From the IMG/VR virus record IMGVR_UViG_3300045988_037298: a DNA stretch of 45,314 nucleotides; one strand, 5' to 3'. Both the position numbers and the translations under genes were made by a program. The notes under the pieces were generated by a model. That model saw nothing but the letters and a program-made list of their open reading frames with translations. It had not been told where the DNA came from and made no database searches. Shown here one piece after another: positions 7,062 through 16,014 of this stretch. Origin of the DNA: a virus. Position 1 is the stretch's first letter; each line of letters begins with the position of its first letter.

Positions 7062-7274
7062 ATGTGCGTTGGTAAAAAGATTAAGTCATACCTTGAAAAC
7101 AACGGCATAACGCAGACATTTGTTGCCAACAGAACTGGCATTCCTATTCAGAAGCTCAATCTTTCTCTCAATGGAAATCGCAGATTAGATTTCGATGAAT
7201 ATGAATTAATTTGTGGGGCGTTATCTGTTGGGACTGACAAGTTTCTTGAACCGAAGATTCCAGAAAGTAAGTAG
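7062..7274 (+). CDS. Cro-like XRE-family HTH regulator
   Basis: GKKIKSYLENNGITQTFVANRTGIPIQKLNLSLNGNRR is an HTH motif. AAGGAG lies upstream. Confidence 0.8.
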   Translation: MCVGKKIKSYLENNGITQTFVANRTGIPIQKLNLSLNGNRRLDFDEYELICGALSVGTDKFLEPKIPESK

Positions 7275-7324
7275 ACAGATTATAACCATCTACAAAATTC
7301 TTAACTAGAAAGAAGGTAAAAACA

Positions 7325-7684
7325 GTGAAGCGTAAGAAAAAAGAAATCGACAAAACAATTTCTGACCTGTGGAATCGTATCTGGGATTTACAAGACCAGA
7401 CAAACAAAATCAAGAAAGCAGTTCTGACAGGTGAAAAAGGTGATTTAAAGATGCCAGAAAGAAGGATTGTTCCTCCAGATGAGCCTATTCCTTTTGGCGG
7501 GGCAGTAGATATGGACTGTATCTTTGAAAAAGAACCATGTGAACAGGTAGACGTTGAATTTACAGTGAAAGAAACTTTGCAGATGTATTCGCATTATGTA
7601 GATTCATTATCTACCGATACACATGTATTAGGAGCTATTGCAATAGTTTCTCTAATAATTGCAATAGTGGCTCTGATTGTATAG
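7325..7684 (+). CDS. hypothetical tail-anchored membrane protein
   Basis: GTG start after GAAGG; N-terminal coiled coil; C-terminal TM segment LGAIAIVSLIIAIVALIV. Confidence 0.5.
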   Translation: MKRKKKEIDKTISDLWNRIWDLQDQTNKIKKAVLTGEKGDLKMPERRIVPPDEPIPFGGAVDMDCIFEKEPCEQVDVEFTVKETLQMYSHYVDSLSTDTHVLGAIAIVSLIIAIVALIV

Positions 7685-7946
7685 AGATTGAGAAAAGCCC
7701 AGTAATCAGCGCAATGATGGATAGAACAGTGGTTATCCAGAATCGAGAAATATCTTGGAAATACACTTTTATAGCAACTTCCCCCTCTTGGGTTATTTCA
7801 TATTCGTGTTTTCCATCTCTGGAACGCCTTAGATATTTTTTCTCGAAAAGATATCTTGCGGCATCTGCTTCACGCGGTCCATCAGTGCTAAAGCCTTTAT
7901 TCCGTAGAGCCTTTTTCAATATTTTACACTGAAATTTGGTAATCAC
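7635..7946 (-). CDS. hypothetical membrane-anchored protein on the opposite strand within the early region (103 aa)
   Basis: GTG 7946 lies 7 nt after GGAGG on the minus strand. A basic N-terminal domain is followed by the TM segment FWITTVLSIIALITGLFSISI. The longer track version (to 8138) overlaps a well-signalled plus-strand ORF. Confidence 0.5.
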   Translation of the reverse strand: MITKFQCKILKKALRNKGFSTDGPREADAARYLFEKKYLRRSRDGKHEYEITQEGEVAIKVYFQDISRFWITTVLSIIALITGLFSISIQSEPLLQLLEKLLQ

Positions 7947-8115
7947 ATCAACACCTCCCTCTACTGGGAGTATATCACAAGAAAGGAGTGAGTGCATGTC
8001 TGAAAAAGAAAAATGGCAAGACATTATTTGAGAAGAACTTATGATCTTGACCAGAGGCGAAAAGAAACAAACAACATATCTTAACATAGTGAATGCATAA
8101 AAGGGAGGTTTACTG

Positions 8116-8274
8116 ATGGCAGTAATCAAAACAATCAAAAAGGGATCTGGGGTAATCAGAATACATGATGATTACTGCAAGGATAACACACCGGAAGACA
8201 ATCAAAAAATCGTCGATGAATGCTCAAGAATTATCTTGGACTACTACAGAAGAAAAGAAGCAAATTTGGCATAA
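8116..8274 (+). CDS. hypothetical 52-aa protein
   Basis: AAGGGAGG lies 7 nt upstream of ATG 8116. Sequence starts MAVIKTIKKGSGVIRIHDDYCKDNTPEDNQKIVDECSRIILDYYRRKEANLA. It is below the track length cutoff. Confidence 0.5.
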   Translation: MAVIKTIKKGSGVIRIHDDYCKDNTPEDNQKIVDECSRIILDYYRRKEANLA

Positions 8275-8399
8275 GCGCCCCGGAGGGAGTCGACACCTCC
8301 ACCCCGGAGCAGTAAGCCACTAAACCAACCTTAGTGGATACAGGTAAATTATAATCCTCTATCCGCTAAAAAGTCAATATTAAGCGAGAGGAAAATAAC

Positions 8400-8585
8400 A
8401 TGGAAAATAAAAAAAATGCAACAAACAACGAAAAGATTACATGGAACGATTTGGAAACAATGCTGGCTACCGAAATCGTGAAAAAAGCAAAGAGAGAGAC
8501 TAAGAAGTGGTTCAGTGCATGGCTTTTGACTGCCGCGCTGTTAATCATTACTAATATCTTCTGGTATATTGCTTACAGTCTGTAA
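8400..8585 (+). CDS. hypothetical small membrane protein
   Basis: ORF track; C-terminal TM segment WLLTAALLIITNIFWYIAY. Confidence 0.55.
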   Translation: MENKKNATNNEKITWNDLETMLATEIVKKAKRETKKWFSAWLLTAALLIITNIFWYIAYSL

Positions 8586-8610
8586 TCTTTTTCTTTTTGG
8601 AGGGAAAAGA

Positions 8611-8766
8611 ATGAAATCACCTAGACAAAATAGAAAGGATATCGTAGTCAGTGCGATTATTGGGATTCTGCTTACTTTTCTTCCGGTGTGGATGTGGGAG
8701 AAGAGCTTGCAGCAGATCCTGGCAGGCATTGTATTCGCACTGTTTACGTATTTAGCACTGCTTTGA
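8611..8766 (+). CDS. hypothetical two-TM membrane protein (51 aa)
   Basis: GGAGGG lies 7 nt upstream of ATG 8611, in frame with track ORF 8569-8766. Confidence 0.55.
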   Translation: MKSPRQNRKDIVVSAIIGILLTFLPVWMWEKSLQQILAGIVFALFTYLALL

Positions 8767-8781
8767 GAAAGGAGAATGGAA

Positions 8782-9054
8782 ATGTTGTGGAAAATGATTA
8801 AGGAGATTATCGATCTCGGAGAACGTATTTATAATGAAACACCTGCTTATTTATCCATTGATATTAGCACTGGAACTGGATCTGTTAACATCTATATCAT
8901 GGATAGAGGTTTTGAAAATGATCATGGATATGATGGATTATACACGCTCTTATTAAGTGACGCGCAAGAAAAATTTAATCGTAGACAGTTTGAAAAAGCT
9001 AAAACTCACATGCTTAGACTTCTTGAAGAAGAGGTGAATGCTAATGATGTATGA
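8782..9054 (+). CDS. hypothetical protein
   Basis: Track ORF 8776-9054. The second ATG (8782) has better spacing from AAGGAG. Confidence 0.6.
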   Translation: MLWKMIKEIIDLGERIYNETPAYLSIDISTGTGSVNIYIMDRGFENDHGYDGLYTLLLSDAQEKFNRRQFEKAKTHMLRLLEEEVNANDV

Positions 9055-9280
9055 GACATCAATGCTCAGAATGCTACCTACACTCACCCTGGCCCAGGTA
9101 ATCAATGATCTTCTCCGGGAAATGCAGAGTCGAGGAGACAATATCCTTGATTATGAAAATGCGGACATGTACCTGGACAGAATCGAATATCACGCTGGAG
9201 ACCGAAAGGAAGATGGAAAGATTGTTCCAGGAGAGGGCGACAGATCAGACAACCTGTATTGCTTTTTTAAGGCGGTGTAA
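9044..9280 (+). CDS. hypothetical protein
   Basis: Track ORF 9038-9280. ATG 9044 lies 7 nt after GAGGTG. Confidence 0.55.
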   Translation: MMYETSMLRMLPTLTLAQVINDLLREMQSRGDNILDYENADMYLDRIEYHAGDRKEDGKIVPGEGDRSDNLYCFFKAV

Positions 9281-9282
9281 AC

Positions 9283-9456
9283 ATGGAAGAGCGCATTAAT
9301 GAGATTTTTAGATTGATTGACACCCAGCTTGCTATTGTGCCGGATAATCCGATAGAGGAATCATACAAGGCAAGAACATTGGCAAGCTACGTACAAGCCT
9401 TAAATGGGCTTTTAACGGCTCAGAAATCATATAAGGAGGAAAGTATTAGTGAGTGA
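9283..9456 (+). CDS. hypothetical 57-aa protein
   Basis: Fills the gap between the flanking ORFs. Sequence starts MEERINEIFRLIDTQLAIVPDNPIEESYKARTLASYVQALNGLL... It is below the track cutoff. Confidence 0.5.
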   Translation: MEERINEIFRLIDTQLAIVPDNPIEESYKARTLASYVQALNGLLTAQKSYKEESISE

Positions 9457-9649
9457 ATTTGAAATCCGTATTCCGGCAAGGAAGAAGCAGCCGGCAACCG
9501 ATAAGGATAACCCTGTCGTGAAAGTATCAACAGACGCTTACAACGCACTGGTTGAAATCTACAATGAATCAACCATATCAATGAAAGATATTGCAAGTTT
9601 GTTGATCGTTGAGGGAAGCAAACATGTGGTTTATGACAAGGAGGAATAG
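9449..9649 (+). CDS. hypothetical protein, possibly ribbon-helix-helix
   Basis: GTG start 8 nt after AAGGAGG. The pattern VVKVSTDAYNALVEIYNES..MKDIASLLIVEG fits strand-helix-helix. Confidence 0.5.
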   Translation: MSEFEIRIPARKKQPATDKDNPVVKVSTDAYNALVEIYNESTISMKDIASLLIVEGSKHVVYDKEE

Positions 9650-9651
9650 CA

Positions 9652-10302
9652 ATGGCAACACCAGTATTGATTATTGGAAAATCTGGATCCGGAAAAAGTA
9701 CTAGTCTTAGAAACTGTCAAAACAAAAACTGGAACCTTATCAGAGTATTAAACAAGCCACTCCCATTCAAGGGGAAAATTGACGGATGGTTTACAGATGA
9801 TTACCAGCAGGTTATGAAATGCCTAATTGCATCAAAAGCGGATTCTATTGTGATTGATGATGCTGGATATCTTATCACCAACCACTTTATGAGAGGACAT
9901 GCTTCTGCCGGAAAAGGTAATGCAGTATTTTCACTTTACAATGACATTGGTGATTATTTCTGGAATCTGATTCAGTTCATTGTGACAAAGGTTCCGGAAA
10001 GCAAAGTCGTATATCTTATGATGCACGAAGATAAGGATGATTCTGGAGACGTAAAACCAAAGACAATAGGAAAGCTTTTGGATGAAAAAGTTTGCGTAGA
10101 GGGCATGTTTACAATAGTTCTCCGCTGCATTGAAGAAAGTGGAAAACATTTATTTGTCACTCAGGCAAGTCAGGGAGCTGTCAGCAAATCACCAATTGGT
10201 ATGTTTGATTCACTGACCATAGACAATGATCTGGCAGCAGTAGACAAGATTATTAGAGATTATTACGAATTAGGAGGAGCAGACAATGCAGAAACCAAAT
10301 AG
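9652..10302 (+). CDS. Sak4-like / AAA_24 P-loop ATPase (recombination-associated)
   Basis: Walker A IIGKSGSGKST, Walker B SIVIDDAGY, and the usual pairing with a downstream DUF669 gene. Confidence 0.7.
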   Translation: MATPVLIIGKSGSGKSTSLRNCQNKNWNLIRVLNKPLPFKGKIDGWFTDDYQQVMKCLIASKADSIVIDDAGYLITNHFMRGHASAGKGNAVFSLYNDIGDYFWNLIQFIVTKVPESKVVYLMMHEDKDDSGDVKPKTIGKLLDEKVCVEGMFTIVLRCIEESGKHLFVTQASQGAVSKSPIGMFDSLTIDNDLAAVDKIIRDYYELGGADNAETK

Positions 10303-10894
10303 CTATGATACAACACAGGCAGCAGGAGAATTTGAACCTATTACACTCGGCGGACACAAGATGGTAATTAAGCAGGTATCAGAGAAAAAATCCCAGGGCG
10401 GACTTGATATGCTTGTTATCTTGTTTGATTTTGCCGACGGTGACGAACAGGCTGGATATTTTATGAAGCAGTTCGAAAATGATATCCGTCCAGACAAGAA
10501 ATATCCGAATGCCGGTACTAACTATATGATTATTGATGAAAACGTTGATTATGGCGTTCGCAATCTCAAGACTTTTATTACTTGCGTGGAAAAATCCAAC
10601 CCTGGATTTGCCGTTAAATGGGGTGACAATTTCGGGCAGCAGTTCAAGAGTAAACTGATCGGCGGTGTCTTTGGGGTTGAAAAAGACTGGTACGATAACA
10701 GAGAAATTAATCGTCACAAACTTGCCCGTTTTCGTAGTATTGAAGGAATAAATGATGCTGATATTCCAAAAGAGCGCACCACAAAAGCGTATGACGATCA
10801 TCTGAAAGAAGAAGCAATCATGGGAGCAAATCCAGCTGGTACGGACTTTATGAATATTCCAGACAGCGTACAGGAAGAACTTCCATTCAATTAA
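10286..10894 (+). CDS. DUF669-like protein (putative ssDNA-binding partner of Sak4)
   Basis: The FEPITLGGHKMVIKQV..GGLDMLVILFDFADG pattern, and an acidic C-terminal tip ..VQEELPFN as in SSB tails. Confidence 0.65.
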   Translation: MQKPNSYDTTQAAGEFEPITLGGHKMVIKQVSEKKSQGGLDMLVILFDFADGDEQAGYFMKQFENDIRPDKKYPNAGTNYMIIDENVDYGVRNLKTFITCVEKSNPGFAVKWGDNFGQQFKSKLIGGVFGVEKDWYDNREINRHKLARFRSIEGINDADIPKERTTKAYDDHLKEEAIMGANPAGTDFMNIPDSVQEELPFN

Positions 10895-10909
10895 AAGGAT
10901 GTGTTTTTA

Positions 10910-11407
10910 ATGGTTATACAAGTAGACACAAGGGAGCATAAATCAGAATGGGAGCGGATTCAAAAACAGTTTGACAGCCTTGAAGTACAATATTTCCGAT
11001 CGAAGTTATACTGCGGAGATTATCAGTCGTTGGATAATGCAAAGCTCTGTATTGACCGTAAAAAGGATTTACAGGAGCTATGTGGAAATGTCTGCCAGCA
11101 GCATGAAAGATTCAAAGCAGAGCTTATCAGAGCGCGTGAAGCAGGTATTCAGTTGATTATCCTATGTGAGCATGGACCAGATATTAAATCAGTTGGTGAT
11201 GTATATTTCTGGGAGAATCCCCGAAAACATAAAGTTATCTGGAGGACGGTAAATGGCAAAAAGGTAAAGACTGTGATATCTGACAAAGCTGTTGATGGCT
11301 GTCAACTATACAAATCTCTATGTACGATCAGAGATAAATACGGCGTCCGATTTGAATTCTGTACAAAAGAAGAGACTGGACGGCGAATCGTGGAGTTGTT
11401 GTCATGA
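10910..11407 (+). CDS. ERCC4-type nuclease (putative junction resolvase)
   Basis: VDTREH ... CGDYQS..LCIDRKKDLQEL resembles the ERCC4 GDY..ERK..DL signature. Confidence 0.55.
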   Translation: MVIQVDTREHKSEWERIQKQFDSLEVQYFRSKLYCGDYQSLDNAKLCIDRKKDLQELCGNVCQQHERFKAELIRAREAGIQLIILCEHGPDIKSVGDVYFWENPRKHKVIWRTVNGKKVKTVISDKAVDGCQLYKSLCTIRDKYGVRFEFCTKEETGRRIVELLS

Positions 11408-11901
11408 CAAAAGATGAAATCAAGCAATCAGTGAAAATGCCTGAGATTCTTTCTAGATATGGGCTTAAGCCAAATAGAGCCGGTTTTATATGTTGCCCTT
11501 TTCACAAGGAAAAGTCAGCGTCATGTAAGATTTACGATGATTCCTTTTACTGTTTTGGCTGCGGAATCGGCGGTGATGTGTTTGATTTCGTGATGCAATA
11601 TGAATCTGTTCCTTTTAGCACTGCATTCATTGAGCTAGGCGGTACTTATGTATCAAAAAAAGGTAAAAGCCGCAACCAGATTAGACATGAAATGCGAGAT
11701 ATCAAATCAAAAAAATGTAATCCCACTCAGGATCCTAATGAGCTTGAGCAGGTAGAAAAGAACATACTTATGTACGAAACAGCGCTAAAAACCTTTCCTC
11801 CTGGTTCAGAAGAGTGGTATATGTGCCAGTTCAACCTTGAAAAAGAAAGAAGCAGATATGAAATATTGTCAGCTAAGGCAGGAGGTGAGAAGCATTCTTG
11901 A
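11404..11901 (+). CDS. CHC2 (DnaG-type) zinc-finger protein without a recognisable TOPRIM domain
   Basis: CPFHKEKSASCKIYDDSFYCFGCGIGGDVFDFV. Confidence 0.75.
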   Translation: MTKDEIKQSVKMPEILSRYGLKPNRAGFICCPFHKEKSASCKIYDDSFYCFGCGIGGDVFDFVMQYESVPFSTAFIELGGTYVSKKGKSRNQIRHEMRDIKSKKCNPTQDPNELEQVEKNILMYETALKTFPPGSEEWYMCQFNLEKERSRYEILSAKAGGEKHS

Positions 11902-13816
11902 AAATATTGAAAATTTGCAAGCAAATGATTTTATGCAGAAGCAACTGTATGAAGAACTTTTTTCAATAAAAAGTAAAATCGACCGTTCGGAAGCTAAATT
12001 TAAGTTAATGGACAGGGCGAAGAGTGTAAGAGCAAAAAGCATAGCCGAGGAATTCATAAAAGAATTCCAGAAAGCAGAACAGGACAAGGAAAAAGAAGAA
12101 AAAGCAAATCGTTCTATGCAGTTAGTTGAAAATATCACAAACTTTTATGAGGATGATATTGGAAAAGAATATCCAAACATGGCTTGTGGCAGCTGGATAG
12201 CTACAGAAAACGGAATATTTTCTTCTGAAACATCCAAGGCGAGAGAACTTGTATGCCACCATCCAATCATGCCGATACGTCGACTGAAAAATATTGAGAC
12301 AGGCGAAGAACAGATCACAGTGGCTTTTAAAAGAGATGGATACTGGACAGAAATAACTGTTCCAAAAATCGACATTGTGACTTCCAGGGCGATAACTAAT
12401 CTTGCAAGGTTCGGTGTGCAGGTCAACTCGGAGAATGCAAGGCTTCTTGTGAAGTATCTGGCGGACGTTGAAATGTACAATGCCGATATGATCGACATAC
12501 AGCACTCTACGAGCAAGTTAGGGTGGCATGGCAATGTATTTGTACCTTACGACCTTTCAATCGTCTTTGACGGCGAATACCGCTTTAAAACACTATTTCA
12601 GAGTATACAGGAAAGTGGAGACTACTTCAAGTGGGTGACTCTGGCCAAACAGTTACGGTCGTGCGGACGATTAGAACCACGAATAGCACTGGCAGCATCT
12701 TTTGCAAGTGTGCTTGTGCAACCACTTGACGCGCTGCCATTCATTGTGGATTTCTACGGACAGACAGGCGGCGGCAAGACAGTAACGATCAACATAGCTG
12801 CATCTATCTGGGGAAACCCGTCGCCAGGATCCTACGTTTGGAATTTCCGGTCAACAGATACGTCATTGGAGACAAGGGCAGACATGCTTAATAACTTTCC
12901 GATGATCCTCGATGACTCTAAGAACGCTTCTCAATATATTCGGGACAACTACGAAACATTGATTTACAATCTCTGTTCCGGTAAAGGAAAAGGAAGATCA
13001 AATAAGGACCTCGGAGCAGCTAAGGAGAATACATGGAGTAATGTAACCATTTGCAACGGTGAGAATCCTATTTCAGAATTTGCAGATTCCGGTGGAGCAA
13101 TCAACAGAATTATTGAAATTGAGTGCTGCGAAGATATTTATGAGAATCCAGCAGAAATTAATAGCACTGTAATGAAAAATTATGGTTTTGCTGGAAGAGT
13201 ATTTGTTGGAAATCTTAAAAAATTTACACCGGATGAGCTAAAAGAAATGAAGTCTGAGATTGAAAAGGGTTTTGATGGATATAATTTTCCGGCAAAACAG
13301 GTAATGGCTATATCCACGCTCCTACTGGCTGACAAATTAGCTACAGATTTCATATTTAAGGATGGACGTGAGCTGACAGTCGAGGACGTCGTAGATATTC
13401 CTACACGCAAGAAAGACGTATCGGAAGGACAGAGATGCTATGAATTTATCATCGAAAGTCTTTCTGTGTACGGGCAGCACTTTGATGCACAATTCAGCTG
13501 TGATCAATGGGGATTCAAGGAAACTCCAGATGAGTATGGAGACGTATATGTATACTTTTATCCGAAACCTCTTGAAAATCTCCTAAAGAACAACGGATTC
13601 TCCAGAAAGGCCTTTTCAGCATGGGCGATTAATCGAGAATTAATTAAGCATACAGGAAAAAGGGATACGGTAATAAAAAGAGATGGGGGAAGTGTAATGA
13701 GACTTGTTGCTGTAAAGATTATTGATATAAAAGATCTTGAAGACGAACAGGAAAATGAGCATGTTGAAGCTGATTTTATACCTGCCAATACTGGAACAAG
13801 TGTTCCGTTTTCGTGA
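11858..13816 (+). CDS. DUF927-type P-loop replicative helicase
   Basis: Walker A FYGQTGGGKTVT, Walker B FPMILDDSK, and a DUF927-like central region (GSWIATENGIF..ITVAFKRDGYW..). The start is uncertain (ATG 11858 or TTG 11837), and the ORF overlaps the upstream ORF. Confidence 0.75.
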   Translation: MKYCQLRQEVRSILENIENLQANDFMQKQLYEELFSIKSKIDRSEAKFKLMDRAKSVRAKSIAEEFIKEFQKAEQDKEKEEKANRSMQLVENITNFYEDDIGKEYPNMACGSWIATENGIFSSETSKARELVCHHPIMPIRRLKNIETGEEQITVAFKRDGYWTEITVPKIDIVTSRAITNLARFGVQVNSENARLLVKYLADVEMYNADMIDIQHSTSKLGWHGNVFVPYDLSIVFDGEYRFKTLFQSIQESGDYFKWVTLAKQLRSCGRLEPRIALAASFASVLVQPLDALPFIVDFYGQTGGGKTVTINIAASIWGNPSPGSYVWNFRSTDTSLETRADMLNNFPMILDDSKNASQYIRDNYETLIYNLCSGKGKGRSNKDLGAAKENTWSNVTICNGENPISEFADSGGAINRIIEIECCEDIYENPAEINSTVMKNYGFAGRVFVGNLKKFTPDELKEMKSEIEKGFDGYNFPAKQVMAISTLLLADKLATDFIFKDGRELTVEDVVDIPTRKKDVSEGQRCYEFIIESLSVYGQHFDAQFSCDQWGFKETPDEYGDVYVYFYPKPLENLLKNNGFSRKAFSAWAINRELIKHTGKRDTVIKRDGGSVMRLVAVKIIDIKDLEDEQENEHVEADFIPANTGTSVPFS

Positions 13817-13819
13817 TTT

Positions 13820-14117
13820 GTAACCATGTAACCATGTAACCCGCGGAAAAGCATGTGTATAGGGAATAAAAAAATATATAAAAAAATCATATATACATTG
13901 CAATCTCCTATAGGAAAACCTTGGTTACATTGGTTACACGGTTACACACCTCTGAAACCCGCATAAAATAAGGGCTTGCGGTGTAACTAAGGTGGTTGAA
14001 AAGTTGGTTACACATTGGTTACAAAAATAAAATGGTTACACAAATTAAAAAATAAAATTAAATTGCATGAAAATTCAGATTGTTACAATTGGTTACTAAG
14101 GCATAAGGAGTGGTTAC
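13820..14117. repeat. putative replication origin: GGTTAC(A) iterons in both orientations flanking an AT-rich tract
   Basis: GTAACC x3 at 8-bp period (13820, 13828, 13836). AT-rich tract 13866-13897. GGTTAC at 13923, 13932, 13940, 14006, 14017, 14034, 14091 and 14112. GTTACA at 14082. GTGTAAC at 13981. Confidence 0.65.
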
Positions 14118-14121
14118 AAAA

Positions 14122-15522
14122 ATGGAAAAAGAGAAGCTTAATAAAAAACAGCGGTACGCATTGGACACAATGTTGTCTGGCAGTAATGTTTTCCTTACAG
14201 GAGATGCAGGAACAGGTAAAACAACGGTTATCCAAACGTTTATTGATGAGGCGGAAAAAGCTGGTAAAAGTGTTCTGGTATCTGCTACTACCGGAATAGC
14301 TGCGGACAATATCGGATATGGAGCGACTACCGTGCATCGTGCATTGAATATCTCAATCAAATTTGAGGATTACAAGAAAAAAGTGAAATCCAGAGCTGAA
14401 CTGTTGAAGGAAGCGGATATTCTTATTATTGACGAGATCAGCATGTGCCGGTTCGACCTGTTTAATATGATTGCGAAGACGATCATTACAGAAAATGAAG
14501 AGAGAGCGGTTGATAGACTTTTGAGCGGAGAGGATAAAGAAGACGTTCAACTGATCGTAATTGGGGATTTTTACCAGCTTCCACCGGTTATCACAACAGA
14601 TGACCGTAAAATTCTCTGCCGGATGTATGGATCTGATTATGGAAAGGGTGGAAAGTACGAACACGGATATGCTTTCATGTCTGAATACTGGAAAGAAATG
14701 GGGTTTGAATATATCAAACTTGATGAGGTATGCAGGCAGAATGATGAGGGATTTAAGTATGTGCTGAATGATATTAAATATGGCAACAATATTAGAAAAT
14801 CCATTGCATATCTGGAGAATAACGAATCAGACAAGGTTATACCAGAAGCACCATTCCTGGTTGGAACAAATGCTGAAGCTGATCGGATTAATAATACTTT
14901 CCTCGGGAAATTGGATAAAAAGACCGAAAAGATATTCCATGCAGCAGTTGACGGAGAATTAACGTCTGCTGATATTAAGAACATTGCATTTTCCAGAGAG
15001 GACTTAATTCTTAACATCGGTGCAAAAGTGATGATTACAGTCAATGATCTGTCTGGAAACTACGTCAATGGAACGATTGGCATTATTCAGAAAATTGTGG
15101 ATAACGGAGAATTTGAAGAATCTTATCTGGTCATCAAGACTGATAAGGGTAAAACAGTTAACTTGTACAGATACAGTAAAGACATTGAGAAACAGGTTAT
15201 TGAGGAATCCGAACAAGAAAAGGACGGTCAGAAGATCGTGAAAGAGAAGATTGTCCGTAAGAAAGTTGGATCATTCTCTCAGTTCCCGGTAAAACTTGCC
15301 TGGGCGATCAGTATTCATAAATCACAAGGACGTACATTTGAAAAAATCAACATTGATCCTTGCTGTTGGGATCCAGGACAGTTCTATGTAGCTGTTTCCC
15401 GGGCGAAATCCGCTAATGGCATACATTTTATCAGACCGATAAAACAGAGCTATATAAAGGCGTTTAGCAAAGATAACGAGCGACTTCTTGAACAGAGTTT
15501 TGAGACAGAAGAAGGTGTATAA
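14122..15522 (+). CDS. PIF1/RecD-like SF1 helicase
   Basis: Motifs FLTGDAGTGKTT, ILIIDEISM, IGDFYQLPPV and SIHKSQGRTFEKI. Confidence 0.8.
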   Translation: MEKEKLNKKQRYALDTMLSGSNVFLTGDAGTGKTTVIQTFIDEAEKAGKSVLVSATTGIAADNIGYGATTVHRALNISIKFEDYKKKVKSRAELLKEADILIIDEISMCRFDLFNMIAKTIITENEERAVDRLLSGEDKEDVQLIVIGDFYQLPPVITTDDRKILCRMYGSDYGKGGKYEHGYAFMSEYWKEMGFEYIKLDEVCRQNDEGFKYVLNDIKYGNNIRKSIAYLENNESDKVIPEAPFLVGTNAEADRINNTFLGKLDKKTEKIFHAAVDGELTSADIKNIAFSREDLILNIGAKVMITVNDLSGNYVNGTIGIIQKIVDNGEFEESYLVIKTDKGKTVNLYRYSKDIEKQVIEESEQEKDGQKIVKEKIVRKKVGSFSQFPVKLAWAISIHKSQGRTFEKINIDPCCWDPGQFYVAVSRAKSANGIHFIRPIKQSYIKAFSKDNERLLEQSFETEEGV

Positions 15523-15524
15523 GT

Positions 15525-15794
15525 ATGAGAGTGACGCATGAGCAGATACCGAACACCATAAAGTTTTTACAAATCGACTTTCCGGCACTGGTCCTTCAGA
15601 CCGCCGGAATAGAAGAAAAGGACGAATACTGGCAGCAGGTAGTTGAGCAGATACACGTTGTATCAGACAAATATAATAAAAACGGCTTTGTGGATCACAT
15701 GCTTACAGCCTATGCGGATTATCTGGACAAGATGCATAAGAAAGCTAAAAATCTGAACAAGGAGAAAACCAATGAACAAAATGAAGGAGTATGA
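15525..15794 (+). CDS. hypothetical protein
   Basis: ORF track; tightly packed in the operon. Confidence 0.55.
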   Translation: MRVTHEQIPNTIKFLQIDFPALVLQTAGIEEKDEYWQQVVEQIHVVSDKYNKNGFVDHMLTAYADYLDKMHKKAKNLNKEKTNEQNEGV

Positions 15795-15993
15795 GCGAGG
15801 GAGAGAGGATGGTCTTGATCTGGCACTCAGAATTGTTAGAGATGGCGGTATAGAAGCGCTTGAGAGGGAAATAAAATTTAGAGGCATTACAGGAGTGCAT
15901 ACCTCTTTAGCCAGTAAAGACCTGGATAAGGCAGCGCAGAAAATCAAAGAAATGACACTTGATACATTTACAATCTTTGAGATTCCGCATTAA
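15772..15993 (+). CDS. hypothetical protein
   Basis: ORF track; AAGGAG lies 7 nt upstream. Confidence 0.55.
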   Translation: MNKMKEYERGREDGLDLALRIVRDGGIEALEREIKFRGITGVHTSLASKDLDKAAQKIKEMTLDTFTIFEIPH

Positions 15994-16014
15994 CGATTAA
16001 GTGAGGTGTTATTG

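Noticed and set aside
7996-8099. Tiny plus-strand ORFs (11 aa at 7996-8031; 19 aa at ~8040-8099)
   Set aside because: They are too short to support from sequence alone. The first has an SD but may only reflect leader sequence of the restarted early operon.
7947-8138. Long version of minus-strand ORF 7635-8138
   Set aside because: The upstream 64 codons have no SD and overlap a plus-strand ORF with a strong SD (8116-8274). The internal GTG 7946 with GGAGG is preferred.
13820-13945. Short regularly spaced repeats considered as a CRISPR array or pac site
   Set aside because: The repeat unit is only 6-8 bp with no unique spacers of CRISPR size. Its location between replication genes and beside an AT-rich tract fits an origin instead.
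14015-14360. ORFs 14015-14299 (+), 14058-14360 (-) and 14083-14337 (-) over the iteron field and the helicase 5-prime end
   Set aside because: They translate the GGTTACA repeats (WLH/WLQ repeats) or are antisense to the PIF1-like gene, and have no SD.
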